Of a DNA stretch of 53,184 bases, positions 40,510-52,724 are shown in pieces (positions within the stretch are counted from its first letter, which is position 1; each line of letters begins with the position of its first letter). Origin of the DNA: Bigelowiella natans CCMP2755 (lineage: Eukaryota; Protista; Cercozoa); contig ADNK01000346.1 of NCBI GenBank assembly GCA_000320545.1, forward strand, positions 1 through 53,184. Direction: 5' to 3'. The translations under genes were made by a program, and so were the position numbers. The notes below the pieces were generated by a model. The model was not told where the DNA came from. It saw only the letters and a program-made list of their open reading frames with translations, and made no database searches.

Positions 40510-42281
40510 TCCCATTGACTACAAGAATGTTGCATGCAATTCTCGAGCGCTGCTGCAGGAAATGTTGTTACTACTACTTTCTTTCCGATGTCATATCATA
40601 TTTGTGGTGAAGTCGGTCCAGACTCCCCCGAGCACAATATCCTTTCAGAAATAACACAAAATGAATTATCTGTATCATCACCATCATCATCATCACCACC
40701 ACCACCACCACCACCACTGTTATCTTTACATCATTCTTGGACGGACCTGTCAGGAAGCATAGCTTCTTTTCAATCATCACCACTCCAAGAAATTCGACAA
40801 TGTTCTTGATTCCCACCCCCCAATACACAAACAGGCATACACACAGATGGAGAGAGAGGGGGGGGGGGGAGGGCGAGGAGGAGGAGGAGAATTAAGGGAG
40901 AGAGTGAGACCACATTCTACTCGTAGCACCACCCCCCTTCTTTACAAGGAGCACATAGAACAACTCACTGACTAAATCCTTCTTTTCCCATCACCACCAC
41001 CACCACCACCACCACCTTATGAGGCTTAAGAGCAGCCATTGCTCCTAGTTCTCGTAGGCTATCATCATCGAGTCCTCCCTCACTCAACGGAATCTTCAAG
41101 ACCGTCTGATGTATTATAATAGATTATAATAAAACATTAAGGTAGTAGTAGTAGTAGTAGTAGGTTACTGGTACTGCTATTGCTGCTGCTAGTAGCGCTC
41201 CTACAAACTACCGATTTGTCTGGGATGGAATCGATCGTCGCCAACCATGCCTCCCCGAACGTACCTTTTCCAAGCCGCTCCTTTTTCTAAAAACAAGGGA
41301 AGGTGCGACAGATAGTAGGCACGTGTATTGATGACCTATCATTAATTTATATTTTGCAGACCTACAAAGGAAAAATAGCTGCGCATATGCACATCTTGCT
41401 AATACTTTCCCTTCAAGTTATATTTTCCTTCCGTCCCCCCCCCCCCCCCTTCTCAATCCTGTTTATTGCCTGAATTTGCTCTGGAACGAAGTATCGAATA
41501 TTTCCCATGAACATCTCACTGCTGGTACTTGAAACACACCGATCATTCAATTATGCAACCGTTTTTAAGATTGGCAAGTGTGCGAGTAAGCTATCAATGA
41601 TGATGATGAGGATGAGCACTTGTGATGATTTCTAACAGTGGTGACGATGATCATTATGGTATTGATGATGATGACGACGACGATGATGATGATGATGATG
41701 ATGATGATAACGATTTGGGATAGCATCGGTACGGTGACAATGCCTACTTGTAATGCGAGTAAGAGCTTCCACCCAATTCCTGCTGCTTCTCAGCCAGAAT
41801 GGCAGCCAGGCGAGTTATTGCCATGTCGTCGGTCATCATGAGCTTGCTCTGCATTCATTATTCCTCATCACCATCACCATCATCATCATCATCATCATCA
41901 ACATCATCATCATTGAAGTCCGAAATTATCACCATCGTTACTAACGAGTACAGGGCGGGCAATGGATCCACTCACTTCTATGGATGATGATGGCGCTGAT
42001 GATGATGCTGCATGCCGAATTTGCTTCTGTTTGTGCTGCCCCTTCCTTTTTGCCTCAAGGGCGATCCCACGTAGCTCTACACAAGGCCTTTGCAGCACCT
42101 TCAACGCAAACAAATACCAACAAAAGTGATTAGGAGGTGTTGTCGATGATGCGGTAAAGGACAACAAGATAAAGTAGAAGAGTGTGTTATCATCATCATC
42201 ATCATCGTCATCATCATTATTTTCCCCATCTCACGATATTCCTTACTTAACTTATACAGCGATAACAACAGCATCATCTGT

Positions 42282-42312
<31 letters not shown>

Positions 42313-42863
42313 CTACTACTACTACTACTACTACGACTATATATAACGCTACTGATACTGCTGTTACTACTACTTCTCCTGCACAGGGAAGCGCACATCG
42401 ACTGCTGTCCATCTTCGTCTTCTAACCCAAGAGTCTAACGATGCCGCGTACGTCATGTTCATGTGTGTGTCAAGGGGAGATGGAGGAGAAGCTCTCATCA
42501 GTGTCGGCAAACAACTGTTTCATACAGCTGCTATATGCTTGAAAGAGACTTATAGACAGGGGACCTTATAATAGTCACATTGTGTACAGAAAAGCAGGCA
42601 AAGAAGAAAATGGTGTTGTGTATAATTAACTGTTGTACTCTATCTCTCTTTTTATTTGTTTGCGGCAGTAGGACTACTTCTAGTCTTCTCGTTCTTCCAC
42701 TTGTACTTAAGCACTGCGGGGCGGGGGAAATCAAAGGCATACTCCCATGCATCTTCACCACCAGACAGCCTATTGTTGGTATGAGTGATTAGGCGATCCC
42801 CTTTGCTTTTGAGGTGAAGGAGAAGGGGGGGGGGGGGGGGGGAGATAGATAGATAAAGAGAGG

Positions 42864-42906
<43 letters not shown>

Positions 42907-43725
42907 GGTGTTGAACGTGTTATTTTGCCATGAATGTGGTTCTCCCCTCCTTCTCATGCTAATATTGCTGCTGCAGCTTACTTCCATTCCAGATGCTCCG
43001 GATATCTCTCCAAGGACTTTGTTTTGCACAGTAGAAAGAAGAAGAAGAAGAAGAAGAAGAAGAAGAAGAAGAAGGAACGGCATCAGAGTTACGCAGGACA
43101 ATCGATACAGCAACAGTACCATTGAATAATAACAACGACACACACACCTTCCCCATCTCAGTTGAGAATTGATGGTAGTCTGTTGGCAGCAGCTTGGAGC
43201 TCCACTTGGTCATAGGGTAGTACCTTGTGCAGTGCCATAATACAATCCATCCAATGTGTGATGCTGCTGCTGCTGCTGCTGCTGCTGCTAATGATGATGA
43301 TGATGATGATGATGATTCTTAACGGCACAGTGGAAACACCATTGTACCAACTAGAATAGCTAAGTCATATACGAGCCATGTGGTACTTTAACGTTAGTTT
43401 TTACAAATATGACGCCACACAGCAACACCTTTGATTCTCGTATTTCACACGCACAAATCTGATTGGTTTTGGCGGGGGGACTGCAGTGATAGTGTCAGTT
43501 GTAGTAGCACTGCTGCTGCTGGTGGTGGTGGTGGTGGAGGAGGTGGGATAGGCTGCTGCTGCCGCTTCTAGATGTGCTGCTGGGGAAGTCGCCATCGTCG
43601 ATAATGAGGAGGAATGGGAGGAAGAGGAGGAGGAGGATGATGATGATGATGGCGAGGATAGCGCTAGTGCTTTGAGTAATCCGTACTCGTACACGAAACA
43701 TCGATTTAGCTTTTCCATCTTAGTA

Positions 43726-43768
<43 letters not shown>

Positions 43769-43858
43769 GCGTTTGCTCGGTTTATTTGCTTTCTAATGTG
43801 ATGATGATGATGGTGGTGTTCCCTCTCTCCCCCCCCACCCCCCTCTCACTCTCTCTAC

Positions 43859-43896
<38 letters not shown>

Positions 43897-45612
43897 CTTT
43901 GTGCTAACCTGATCCCACGCGCTCTGCAGAGTCTTCCAATTCGCAGTTTTCGTCCAATTTTCGTAGATATATTCCCGATATAGGATGAGATCGGTAATAG
44001 GCATGAGGAGCCACACACCAGATTTATCATCTCTTCTTAGCAAACCAATAGCCGCGACGACGGAGCGCTTCTAGTAGTAATGAGGATGAACCCACTACTC
44101 CTCTAATAACCAGTGTTGTGTCCTTGTTTATTCATATAACATGCTAGCATCAATTGAACTAGTAATCGTGATAAATATTGTAGATGTGATGAGCTTACAG
44201 GCAGCACTGTCTCCTCTTCTCGTATCCATGGTGATGACTGGAACTCAACATGTTCATTTGGCAGAGGGCGGTAGCTCGGGTATCGTGCAGGGTTGTTGTT
44301 AGACTTGTTGTTGTTCCGATCACACCAAATAACGACAGCAATTGACGACGACGATGATGATAAGAACAGCATGAGGAAGGAAGGAAGGAAGGAGGAGAGA
44401 GAGGAGGAAGAAGGGATGTGAGATAACAGCAGAAATATTCCTCAGAGGTATGGAGAGGGGGGGCGGGGGAGAAAGAGAGATAATTTGAACACCACCTTAT
44501 TCGGATTCCTAGCTTTTCTTGCTTCAAACTCGGCCTTATCTCTTCGATACTGTTGTCTGTGCTCTTCACACTTCTGCAGAAATGCTTTCTGACGACTTTG
44601 CATGTACTCCAACTCCTAAGTATTAGCGGCAATAATATGTGCTTCGAGTTATTATTACCGGTATCTTTTGCATCACTTATCCCCTCCCTCACCATCAACA
44701 GCATCATCATTATCATGATAAAGTCCACACACATGCATCCTCCTGGCTCTTTCTGTTTTCGCTCTATGATTTTGAAACTGTGCATCAAAGATTGTTGCTC
44801 CTCCCTCCCTCCCCCCCTCATTAGTAGCGGCATAGAACCTGATTGTTTGGAAACGGAATCCTTTCGATCTCGTGTTTCGTCGTCGTGAAGTACTTTGTCG
44901 TTGCAAGAAGCAAAGGGCTAAGGACGTGCACTCTCCGCCCTCCCTCTTCGATGTAGAATTTGGAAAAATCTTGCCTATGGTCAAGTTCCTTTGACTTTGT
45001 TTTCTCTGTATACTGGTGATGAGGAAGCAAGCGACAGTTGTGTGATACGAAAAGACACACTCGCACTTTATTCTCTAACTCTCTCGGGAACCTTTCATAC
45101 TTATAGTTCTCAAATATCCGAAAAGTAATTTTTAACTACGAGAGAGAGAGGGGGGGGGGGGCGGGATGGGTGGAAGAGAAATGCCTACCTTTCCATCCTT
45201 CAGATTATATACTCTTACCTTCCGTACCTCCTTACGGCTATAGACAAAGTGAACGCACTTTAATCCGCATAAAGGACCAACAGCTACCTTCTTCTCTCCG
45301 CCAATTCTCCTGCAATAATATATGATAATGCAACTATTGCAGATTGTACTCATTCATTTATTTATTTTTACCATCATCATCATATCATCACCACCACCAC
45401 CATCACAACTACGACCATCAAAAAGATATAAGCAAGTAGGAGACATCGGTGCACATCTAAATGACAAACACGGGAAGGTGAGGATACCCCACGATTTTCA
45501 CGATGCAGTCTTTGTGAGCATGTGACGCCTTTATGGCCGGAAATTGAGCCATCACCCGATTAATCATAGTGCCATCTTTTGGGTTTAGTTTCTTCGATTT
45601 CGACCCCCCCAT
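38765..45612 (-). CDS. Cytoplasmic protein tyrosine kinase with N-myristoylation motif, uncharacterised N-terminal domains and a Tyr-rich C-terminal tail (about 20 exons)
   Basis: ATG 45612 MGGSKSKKLNPKDG. Kinase exons in frame: ERLGKGTFGEAW, TVLKIP, LRELGAM, HKNIVEFLG, GSLD, IADGLEHLHSNDIIHR/DLACRNLL, ICDYGLSK, SSYKVNTSKFPWPWTSPQSL, DIWSFGVTLWELLTKGATPY, DCLKYETKARPS. One or two linker exons around 42370-42530 are uncertain. Confidence 0.85.
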
Positions 45613-45972
45613 GGTCGCGAGCTTAGACTTGTTCACGCAGAGTTGTTCTTCTACTTCGTGTTGAATCGTCCCGTTTGAATCTGCCCAAGTCGAGTTTTGA
45701 GGCATTCGATGATAGGTCATATACTGTAGATATTTTACGTATAAAAATCGCGATACAAATTACATCTTTCTTGGACATTTTGTAGTTCTTTCACTGTAGC
45801 AAAAGCTCGTATGCGTGGTTCAAAATAAGATGTATTACCCTGAAATAACTGACCAAGTATAGGCCGGTGAAGGAAAGAATAGAGGTGTTAACGACGCTCA
45901 TTTTTCGTGAAAATCACACATTTATGATGTCGCAGGGATAAATCGAATCCCTTCTAATTTCCGTCCGAGTTA
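45613..45972. promoter_or_regulatory. Probable bidirectional promoter (tyrosine kinase / DUF1365)
   Basis: Only 360 bp between divergent ATGs. Confidence 0.55.
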
Positions 45973-47049
45973 ATGGTGGGAACGAGTGTCCCTCATCGAA
46001 GCTGCCTCTACAGCGGCCGTGTCTGGCACAAGAGGTCGGATATAATCTTCGCTTATTATCAGAAAGCTTGAGCACTAATGCATCGTTCGAATAAACCTGG
46101 CATGACGCTCATGAATGATTATGTATGTGTGTTTTGAGCACCGCTTAGGTACCATCCAGCTGTGCACTCTTTCAATTATGAGTTATTTATGTGTCTTCTG
46201 GATCTCGACCATCTTGACGAGACATTTAGGTTCGAGCTATTTGTTGACATTGTTTGATATCATCCAACAATGCTCTTTTAACACCAATCTCATCACTTTT
46301 TCTTCTTCTTCTTCTTCTTCTTCTTCTTCTTCTTCTTGAAGTGGTCTTTGGCCTCTTGCCTCTAACAAGAGCGCATGGGCTGTTGCAACGTTTTCCGAGA
46401 GAGACCACTTGAAAGACCAGAAACTCTCTCCTAACAAGCAGCTGAGTGAGCGGGTGCGCGACTTTGTGGAACAACAATGCGGCTCGAGGTTGTTTGGCGA
46501 TTGAGTACAGACGACGACACCGATCGTCTCGCATATAATCCTATTATTTTAAACACGAAATAACACTTTCATCCCTTCCCTCACGTACTCATCTATCCCC
46601 CACTACTATTTTTCTTATCTTAAGGCCGATGGGGAAAATCCAGCTGTTAACACACCTGAAGTACTTCGGATATTGCTTCAATCCAGTCTCGTTCTACTAC
46701 TGCCACGACCCAGGTTTCTATCAACGATTTTGATGAAAATAATCCACACTGATATCCATCTATTGACTGAAAATCAATGTGCCGATGATTGCTAGCAAGA
46801 GGGCATTGCAAATATTGTGCAACGCGTATATAGAAGATTACATGTATCTACTATGTGTGCCTGTATGCATACGGCGGTTTCCTAACATCTTCCTGGGAAA
46901 AATGTTCATCTTGGGCAAAGCAGACGGACGGCTGGTCAATGTAGTGGCAGAAGTCAGCAACACGCCTTGGGAGGAAATGCATTGCTACAACTTGCATCAA
47001 GATACAAAGGTGCGTTCATTAAGCCCCATCACCATTATCGTCGTTGTAG

Positions 47050-47081
<32 letters not shown>

Positions 47082-47571
47082 GTCATTAAATCATCATCAT
47101 TACCAGGGCGTGAGAGCAGATGTGCATCAGCCGAAGAAGCCTTATACCCATCGATATTTATTTCAAAAGGTCATTCTCCTCTCTATGCATGGATGCATAC
47201 ATGCGTATTATATGTCACATTAGGTGAGAAATAACAACTGTGAAATATAACCGGATAACAATTACCCCCTTCTGATCCTGCGACAAAAGCAGCTACTTTT
47301 GCTTTTTATTTTCCTTCATCCATAACGCCGACGTGTGGTTATTATCTGAGCCGGAAGTCCCCTCCCCAATCCGTGTTTGTCGTACAATTCGGCCAGGTGT
47401 TTCACGTATCTCCATTTATGGATATGGAACACATCTACGACTTTAGTTTTCATTCGCCTGGGAAGAATCTTCAGGTAATGGAAAGAGTTGAAAGTGCATT
47501 CGTGGCAGTGTAGAAAGGTGTTTATGTGATGATACAAAGGGTATCATCATTATCAGCATCAGCATCATCAC

Positions 47572-47604
<33 letters not shown>

Positions 47605-48424
47605 ATCTTTAATACGTGATCATCGACAAGGTAAACACGACGATGGTGAAAGACCAAGATAGATGGTTCTCCGCAACATTGAGGTAGTAGAAGCGGTAGT
47701 AGTCGTAGTCGTTCGTCGTTGTCATCCTTGATAGAGTATCATTCTACTACTACTACAACGGAAATAGCTATTTCTTGAGAAATCTTAGATATTCCGATGA
47801 TACTATGATCAAAATATTCGGAGAGCTTCTCTATCGTAGGACAGAAGTTGTGGTAGATGTATTCGCCAGTAGGACTTCACACCTCGAATTACCAACAAGA
47901 TTCTTCCAAATCCACCACCATTCAGTAGTTTCCATGACGTATTGCGCGGCAGCCTGTTTGATGTGATGATCTACCTACATACACAAATTAGGATGGAGAG
48001 AAGAGAGATATCAGTGAAGAATGTTCTCTGGCTGCTGCTATATTTCCCCTTCATCACGATTTACATCCAGGTGGTTGCTCCTTGTAGTAAGTAGTACCAG
48101 TGGTGGCAGAAGTCGCATGGTGTGCGCTTTGGGGAGGAGGATGATGTACCAAAACGTCAAACCGAGTCGTTATGGACCCATCGTCTTATAGACACTCCTT
48201 CCTTTCGAATACATTTCAACAATAATTTACAGATTTTGATTCACTGGGAGGCGATCAAGCTTTGGCAAAAAAAGGTGCCCATAAAGACAGATTTCTCCTA
48301 GTCGTTGCAAAGTGTCTCCTCTGCTCCGTTATCGACGCACACGTGCATCTGGATGCTGTCCTGCTGCTGCAATAATATGATCGAATTAAGACAATATCAA
48401 GCCTATTTAGCCATCTCTTTCTCA

Positions 48425-48463
<39 letters not shown>

Positions 48464-49004
48464 GTACATAATGCGTGATCGTGATACTGCTCATGTACCT
48501 GGAGACCGTATTATGTATGACCCCCTCGCCCCCTTCCATTCTCCTTAAAACTCGCCGCCATAGGTACCATTTCATAGCCATCCAGAGGGGGTGCAAACCT
48601 GGGCTTCAGCCATCATCGGGTAGTAATGATGATGCTAATGATGATGATGATGCATACCGAGTTGGTGGCGAGTGGCGATATTATGTTGGGGGATTGTAAT
48701 TGTTGCCAATACTGCCAGAATGCAGCCGGCTGCGATTGTCCAAATCGTACGACGGTGATGAGAATTGGCGAAATTGATTTATTTTACCTTTGTTTTTAGG
48801 ACTGCAATGATGCCATTTTTTTACCTGAGAGCCAAGTTAAGCCCCAAATCACCTCAACCAGTAGTAGATAATAGCAGTGGAACAAGTGGTACCACGACGG
48901 GTATCAGCCTGGAAACAGCGAAGAAGCCTTCTGGCAGCAACATGTGCGCATTCATCCAGCAATCCTCCCGCAAAAACGCCTCCTCTCACCGGAGAAATAC
49001 CTGA
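45973..49004 (+). CDS. DUF1365 family protein (UfaO-like)
   Basis: Spliced product LYSGRVWHKR/YHPAVHSFNYELFMCLLDLD, FSERDHL, IQLLTHLKYFGYCFNPVSFYYC, VVAEVSNTPWEEMHCY, K/VFHVSPFMDM, IHWEAIKLWQK/VPFHSHP, the canonical DUF1365 motif series. Confidence 0.92.
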
Positions 49005-49821
49005 TAAATGAATTGGATTTACATATTATGCTATGTTCAAGATCCGCATTGAATCAATTTGCATTCAATCCATAATTAATTGATGAAGTATGCTATAAAA
49101 GTGTTGCTAGCTTGTCACATCATTCCACAATAAGCTTCAGCGACGCTGTATGCTATGGCTGTACATATCTGGAGATATGAATGCACACGCCAAGAGAGAA
49201 TGCATGGTTACAAAGTGGCGTACATTAAGTATGCCTTATTGACGATTTCTCAAATACAGTGCACGCTTGCATTGTAGCACACGTATGAACCGTGGCTGTC
49301 TGCTAGTCGTGAAGGGACATATAAGTACGTGTTACGACAGCGCATTTACATTTACATCATCTTCGATTCTTGCTTGCCTTCTGTGCATGCACGAGATTGC
49401 GATCGACTGCCGCAAATCTACAACGCTAGAACGCTTCATGTTTCACACATACACAATACATGTCCACTTAGACATAACCGAGGCGTTGCTAGGTTGTATG
49501 ATGAATCAGGCTGGCGCAGGAATGCAAGCTAGCATGGATATCACATATTTTTGTCATTTGGATGTCAGGATATGCACAGCTATTCGTAGCTTGGTTGCTG
49601 CTACTACAACTCGCTCGCCCTGGCTGGCAATTTCATGCCTACGGCATTATTTTATGTCGTGCAACTTATTTTCTTACCGTTTAAATAACATGCATATGCT
49701 GAGTTATACTAGCACGGAATGGTGCATAGCATGTAGAAATGGTTCTTGAAATAATAACAGGCTGCTTCTTCGTCTTTGTCACCATTTTCTCCTCTATGAC
49801 CTATTTTCAGTCCAGCCTCTA

Positions 49822-50017
49822 TCATAGATTCACGTTGCAGCACTCAGTAGAAGCTCGTTGTTGTACATATTTCTCCAATTCCCAGTCCTGACATCGACAG
49901 AATTAGCTATCACCACTACATCCATGCATGCGTATCACGTGCATACTTAGCGATCTCATACGCAGCTATTGTTCCTTCAATCCCCTGCTTCTCTCCCCCC
50001 CCCTCTCTCTCTCTTAT

Positions 50018-50057
<40 letters not shown>

Positions 50058-50173
50058 CAAACACAGAACTGCTTCGCCTCCGTATTGGCGTGGTAGGTTA
50101 TCTGGACTGATGTACTGCAAGAGATCCTCTCGGTTGTTGGCGAACTAATGGCCATCATCAGACGGAATAAGTA

Positions 50174-50212
<39 letters not shown>

Positions 50213-50591
50213 AATTATATTCAAATTCTATTATGAAGCTAGAGCAGGTTGGCAGGTATAGCTACTACCGACCTTGAATTTATTGTACATCTCCCCCATG
50301 ATTGGTTTTGTCATGTGAAATAAAGCCTACGCCAATATCATACCAGGTGTGTGTGTGTGCGTGTGTGTGCGTGTGTGTGCGTGTGTTGTGGAAAAGGATG
50401 ATGGCAAGATAGGAAGAGGGCAAAAGCAGCAGCAGCACAGCAGCATCATCATCATCAGTAGTATGGGCGACTCACTTGGATCGGCTTTGGAACACCAATG
50501 AACACCGTCGTCGCCTTATTTGCCTGTGTGCAGGAACACGATCGTACAATAATATCAAAGGGGAGGACAGAATCATACAAAGGGGGGGGGG

Positions 50592-50631
<40 letters not shown>

Positions 50632-51404
50632 CATCCTATACACTATATATTAATATTAGCTTAGAAGAAAAATAGAGTTTAAAGGGCGTCACGACCGTCA
50701 TGGCCATCATCATCATCATCATCATCATCGTCGTCATCGTCGACGTCTAACAGAATAAAATCTACCCAAGGATAGTGCTTATTCACAATCTCAAGCCTGG
50801 AAGATGACGTATGGGGGGGGACAAGAGCAACACAGGGTGGTATGAAAGAATGATGACAAGGGAATGAATTGGAAAAAAAATCGTACGAGAATTTATGTAT
50901 AATTTATAAGACAATCAATAACAAGCTCCCCTCTCGCTCTTTCTATCTCCATGCGGCCATTTTAAAACAAAGAATACGAAAGCACACTTAAGCACACTCC
51001 AAAATGTGTGGTAAAGAGCATCGTCGTCATTACGTGATTGTCTTCGCAGAAATCACAAATTGTGCTTAGTTCTGCTACTACTGCTTCTACAGCTATTGAC
51101 GAGAGCTAACACGACGACTAAAGCATCATCATCATCATCATCATCATCATCATTATCATCACCATCGTCTCAACGGCAATAAATAACACTACCCTCCTTT
51201 CCTGATAGATCTATCAGGGAATCTAAATGAAGATGCCGTTGTATTTATCACCTAGTAATTGTAGTATCAGTAGTGCATACATATTAGCAGCGGAGAAGAC
51301 AAATTACTAGCATTTTAGTTTTCCCTTCCTACACCACTACCTCTCACCTCCCTTCCCTGTTTCCTTGTACATGATATATGTGATATATCATCCACTATAA
51401 TTAT

Positions 51405-51449
<45 letters not shown>

Positions 51450-51567
51450 CTACCACTAATGAACGTATTTGATCTTGGCACTGGATGGAAAGATGATGAT
51501 GGCGATGCAGGGAAACCATAAGTAATGGTATCAGAAATAACGGAGATAGACAGACAGACAGATAGAC

Positions 51568-51607
<40 letters not shown>

Positions 51608-52345
51608 TTAGAAGAATACTGCTCCCTAAAGAGAAAGTGTCATCATGATGATAAGCACAGCAAAGAATCATTGAAACTTCGTTGGAATTGCTGGAACAGA
51701 TGAGAGCGGTATATGCGATGTGTATCTTCATCTCATTTGGGAAAGCACTCACCTATAGCGAACACCGTAAACCGGGGAAGGCAGGGGGGGGGGGGGGGCA
51801 GAAGTACAAAAAAGTTCTCTTTGTCCGATTCCACCGCTACTTACTCTCACTTGTTATTATTCTCTTTCCACACCACAAAACAAGCTGGGGAGGGGTACTA
51901 CATTGGGGTTGTATCTGGCAGCAGCCATCACACGATCATGAAGATATCTGTGTTTTCAGTTGACCGCCACAAAACACTTATCACAAGTTTTGGATATAAC
52001 TACTGCGAAAGGGAGGGGGGGGGAGAGCTCTATGAAGTTCCATGTACAATACCATCACCAATCATCACACATCACGTACGCGGTTTGCTTGGTAATGCTT
52101 TCAACATTGCCCTGGGTATAAGGAAAGGGGGGTGGGGCAGATGAGCAACGACGATGACGGCGATGGCGATGAGGAAGATTTTGGAATATATTATGGGAGG
52201 AGGGGCGCAGAGGACGTCGATGATGTGTCCCTCAGTATCATCATCAATGAATAAATTCCACGATCCTCGTATCTCTCTACAACCGTCTCCACCCCCTCCC
52301 TGCGTGTTTCCTTGTCGATTTTTGCTTGTATAATTCGTCAGCTGT

Positions 52346-52377
<32 letters not shown>

Positions 52378-52614
52378 ATACTTACCAGAGGCATGCCATG
52401 TGAGTAGATAATGGGGAGGCCTTCGCGTGACCTTAACCCTTCCAAACAAACACTATACCTGTATTGCAGGTGTATGCATGTGAGGACTGAACGAATATCC
52501 TCTCTCTCCCTCCCCCCCCTCTCAGGTTCTTATGTGGTAGTTCTCTTGCTCGATATCATCAGGACCCGTTTGAGCGGAAGCTGGGAGCAACTTCTGCGAT
52601 ATTCAATTTGCCTA

Positions 52615-52672
<58 letters not shown>

Positions 52673-52681
52673 TTGTGTTTG

Positions 52682-52724
<43 letters not shown>

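Noticed and set aside
42050-42075. TWDRP motif suggestive of a WW domain on the minus strand
   Set aside because: It is immediately followed by a stop and is not in the frame that links to the adjacent kinase exons.
44893-44931. 39-nt GT...AG segment in the kinase gene as an unusually tiny intron
   Set aside because: It is in frame and stop-free, so it cannot be distinguished from coding sequence without transcripts.
43900-45720. Separate small gene starting MGGSKSKK (or the upstream ATG at 45720)
   Set aside because: Exon phases link it continuously to the MEKLNR exon and on toward the kinase, and no terminal exon with a stop was found. The upstream in-frame ATG would bury the myristoylation motif.
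49267-49749. 160-aa ORF in the convergent spacer
   Set aside because: Non-ATG start, C/M/H/A-rich composition produced by TGCA/CATG-rich DNA, and no domain motifs.
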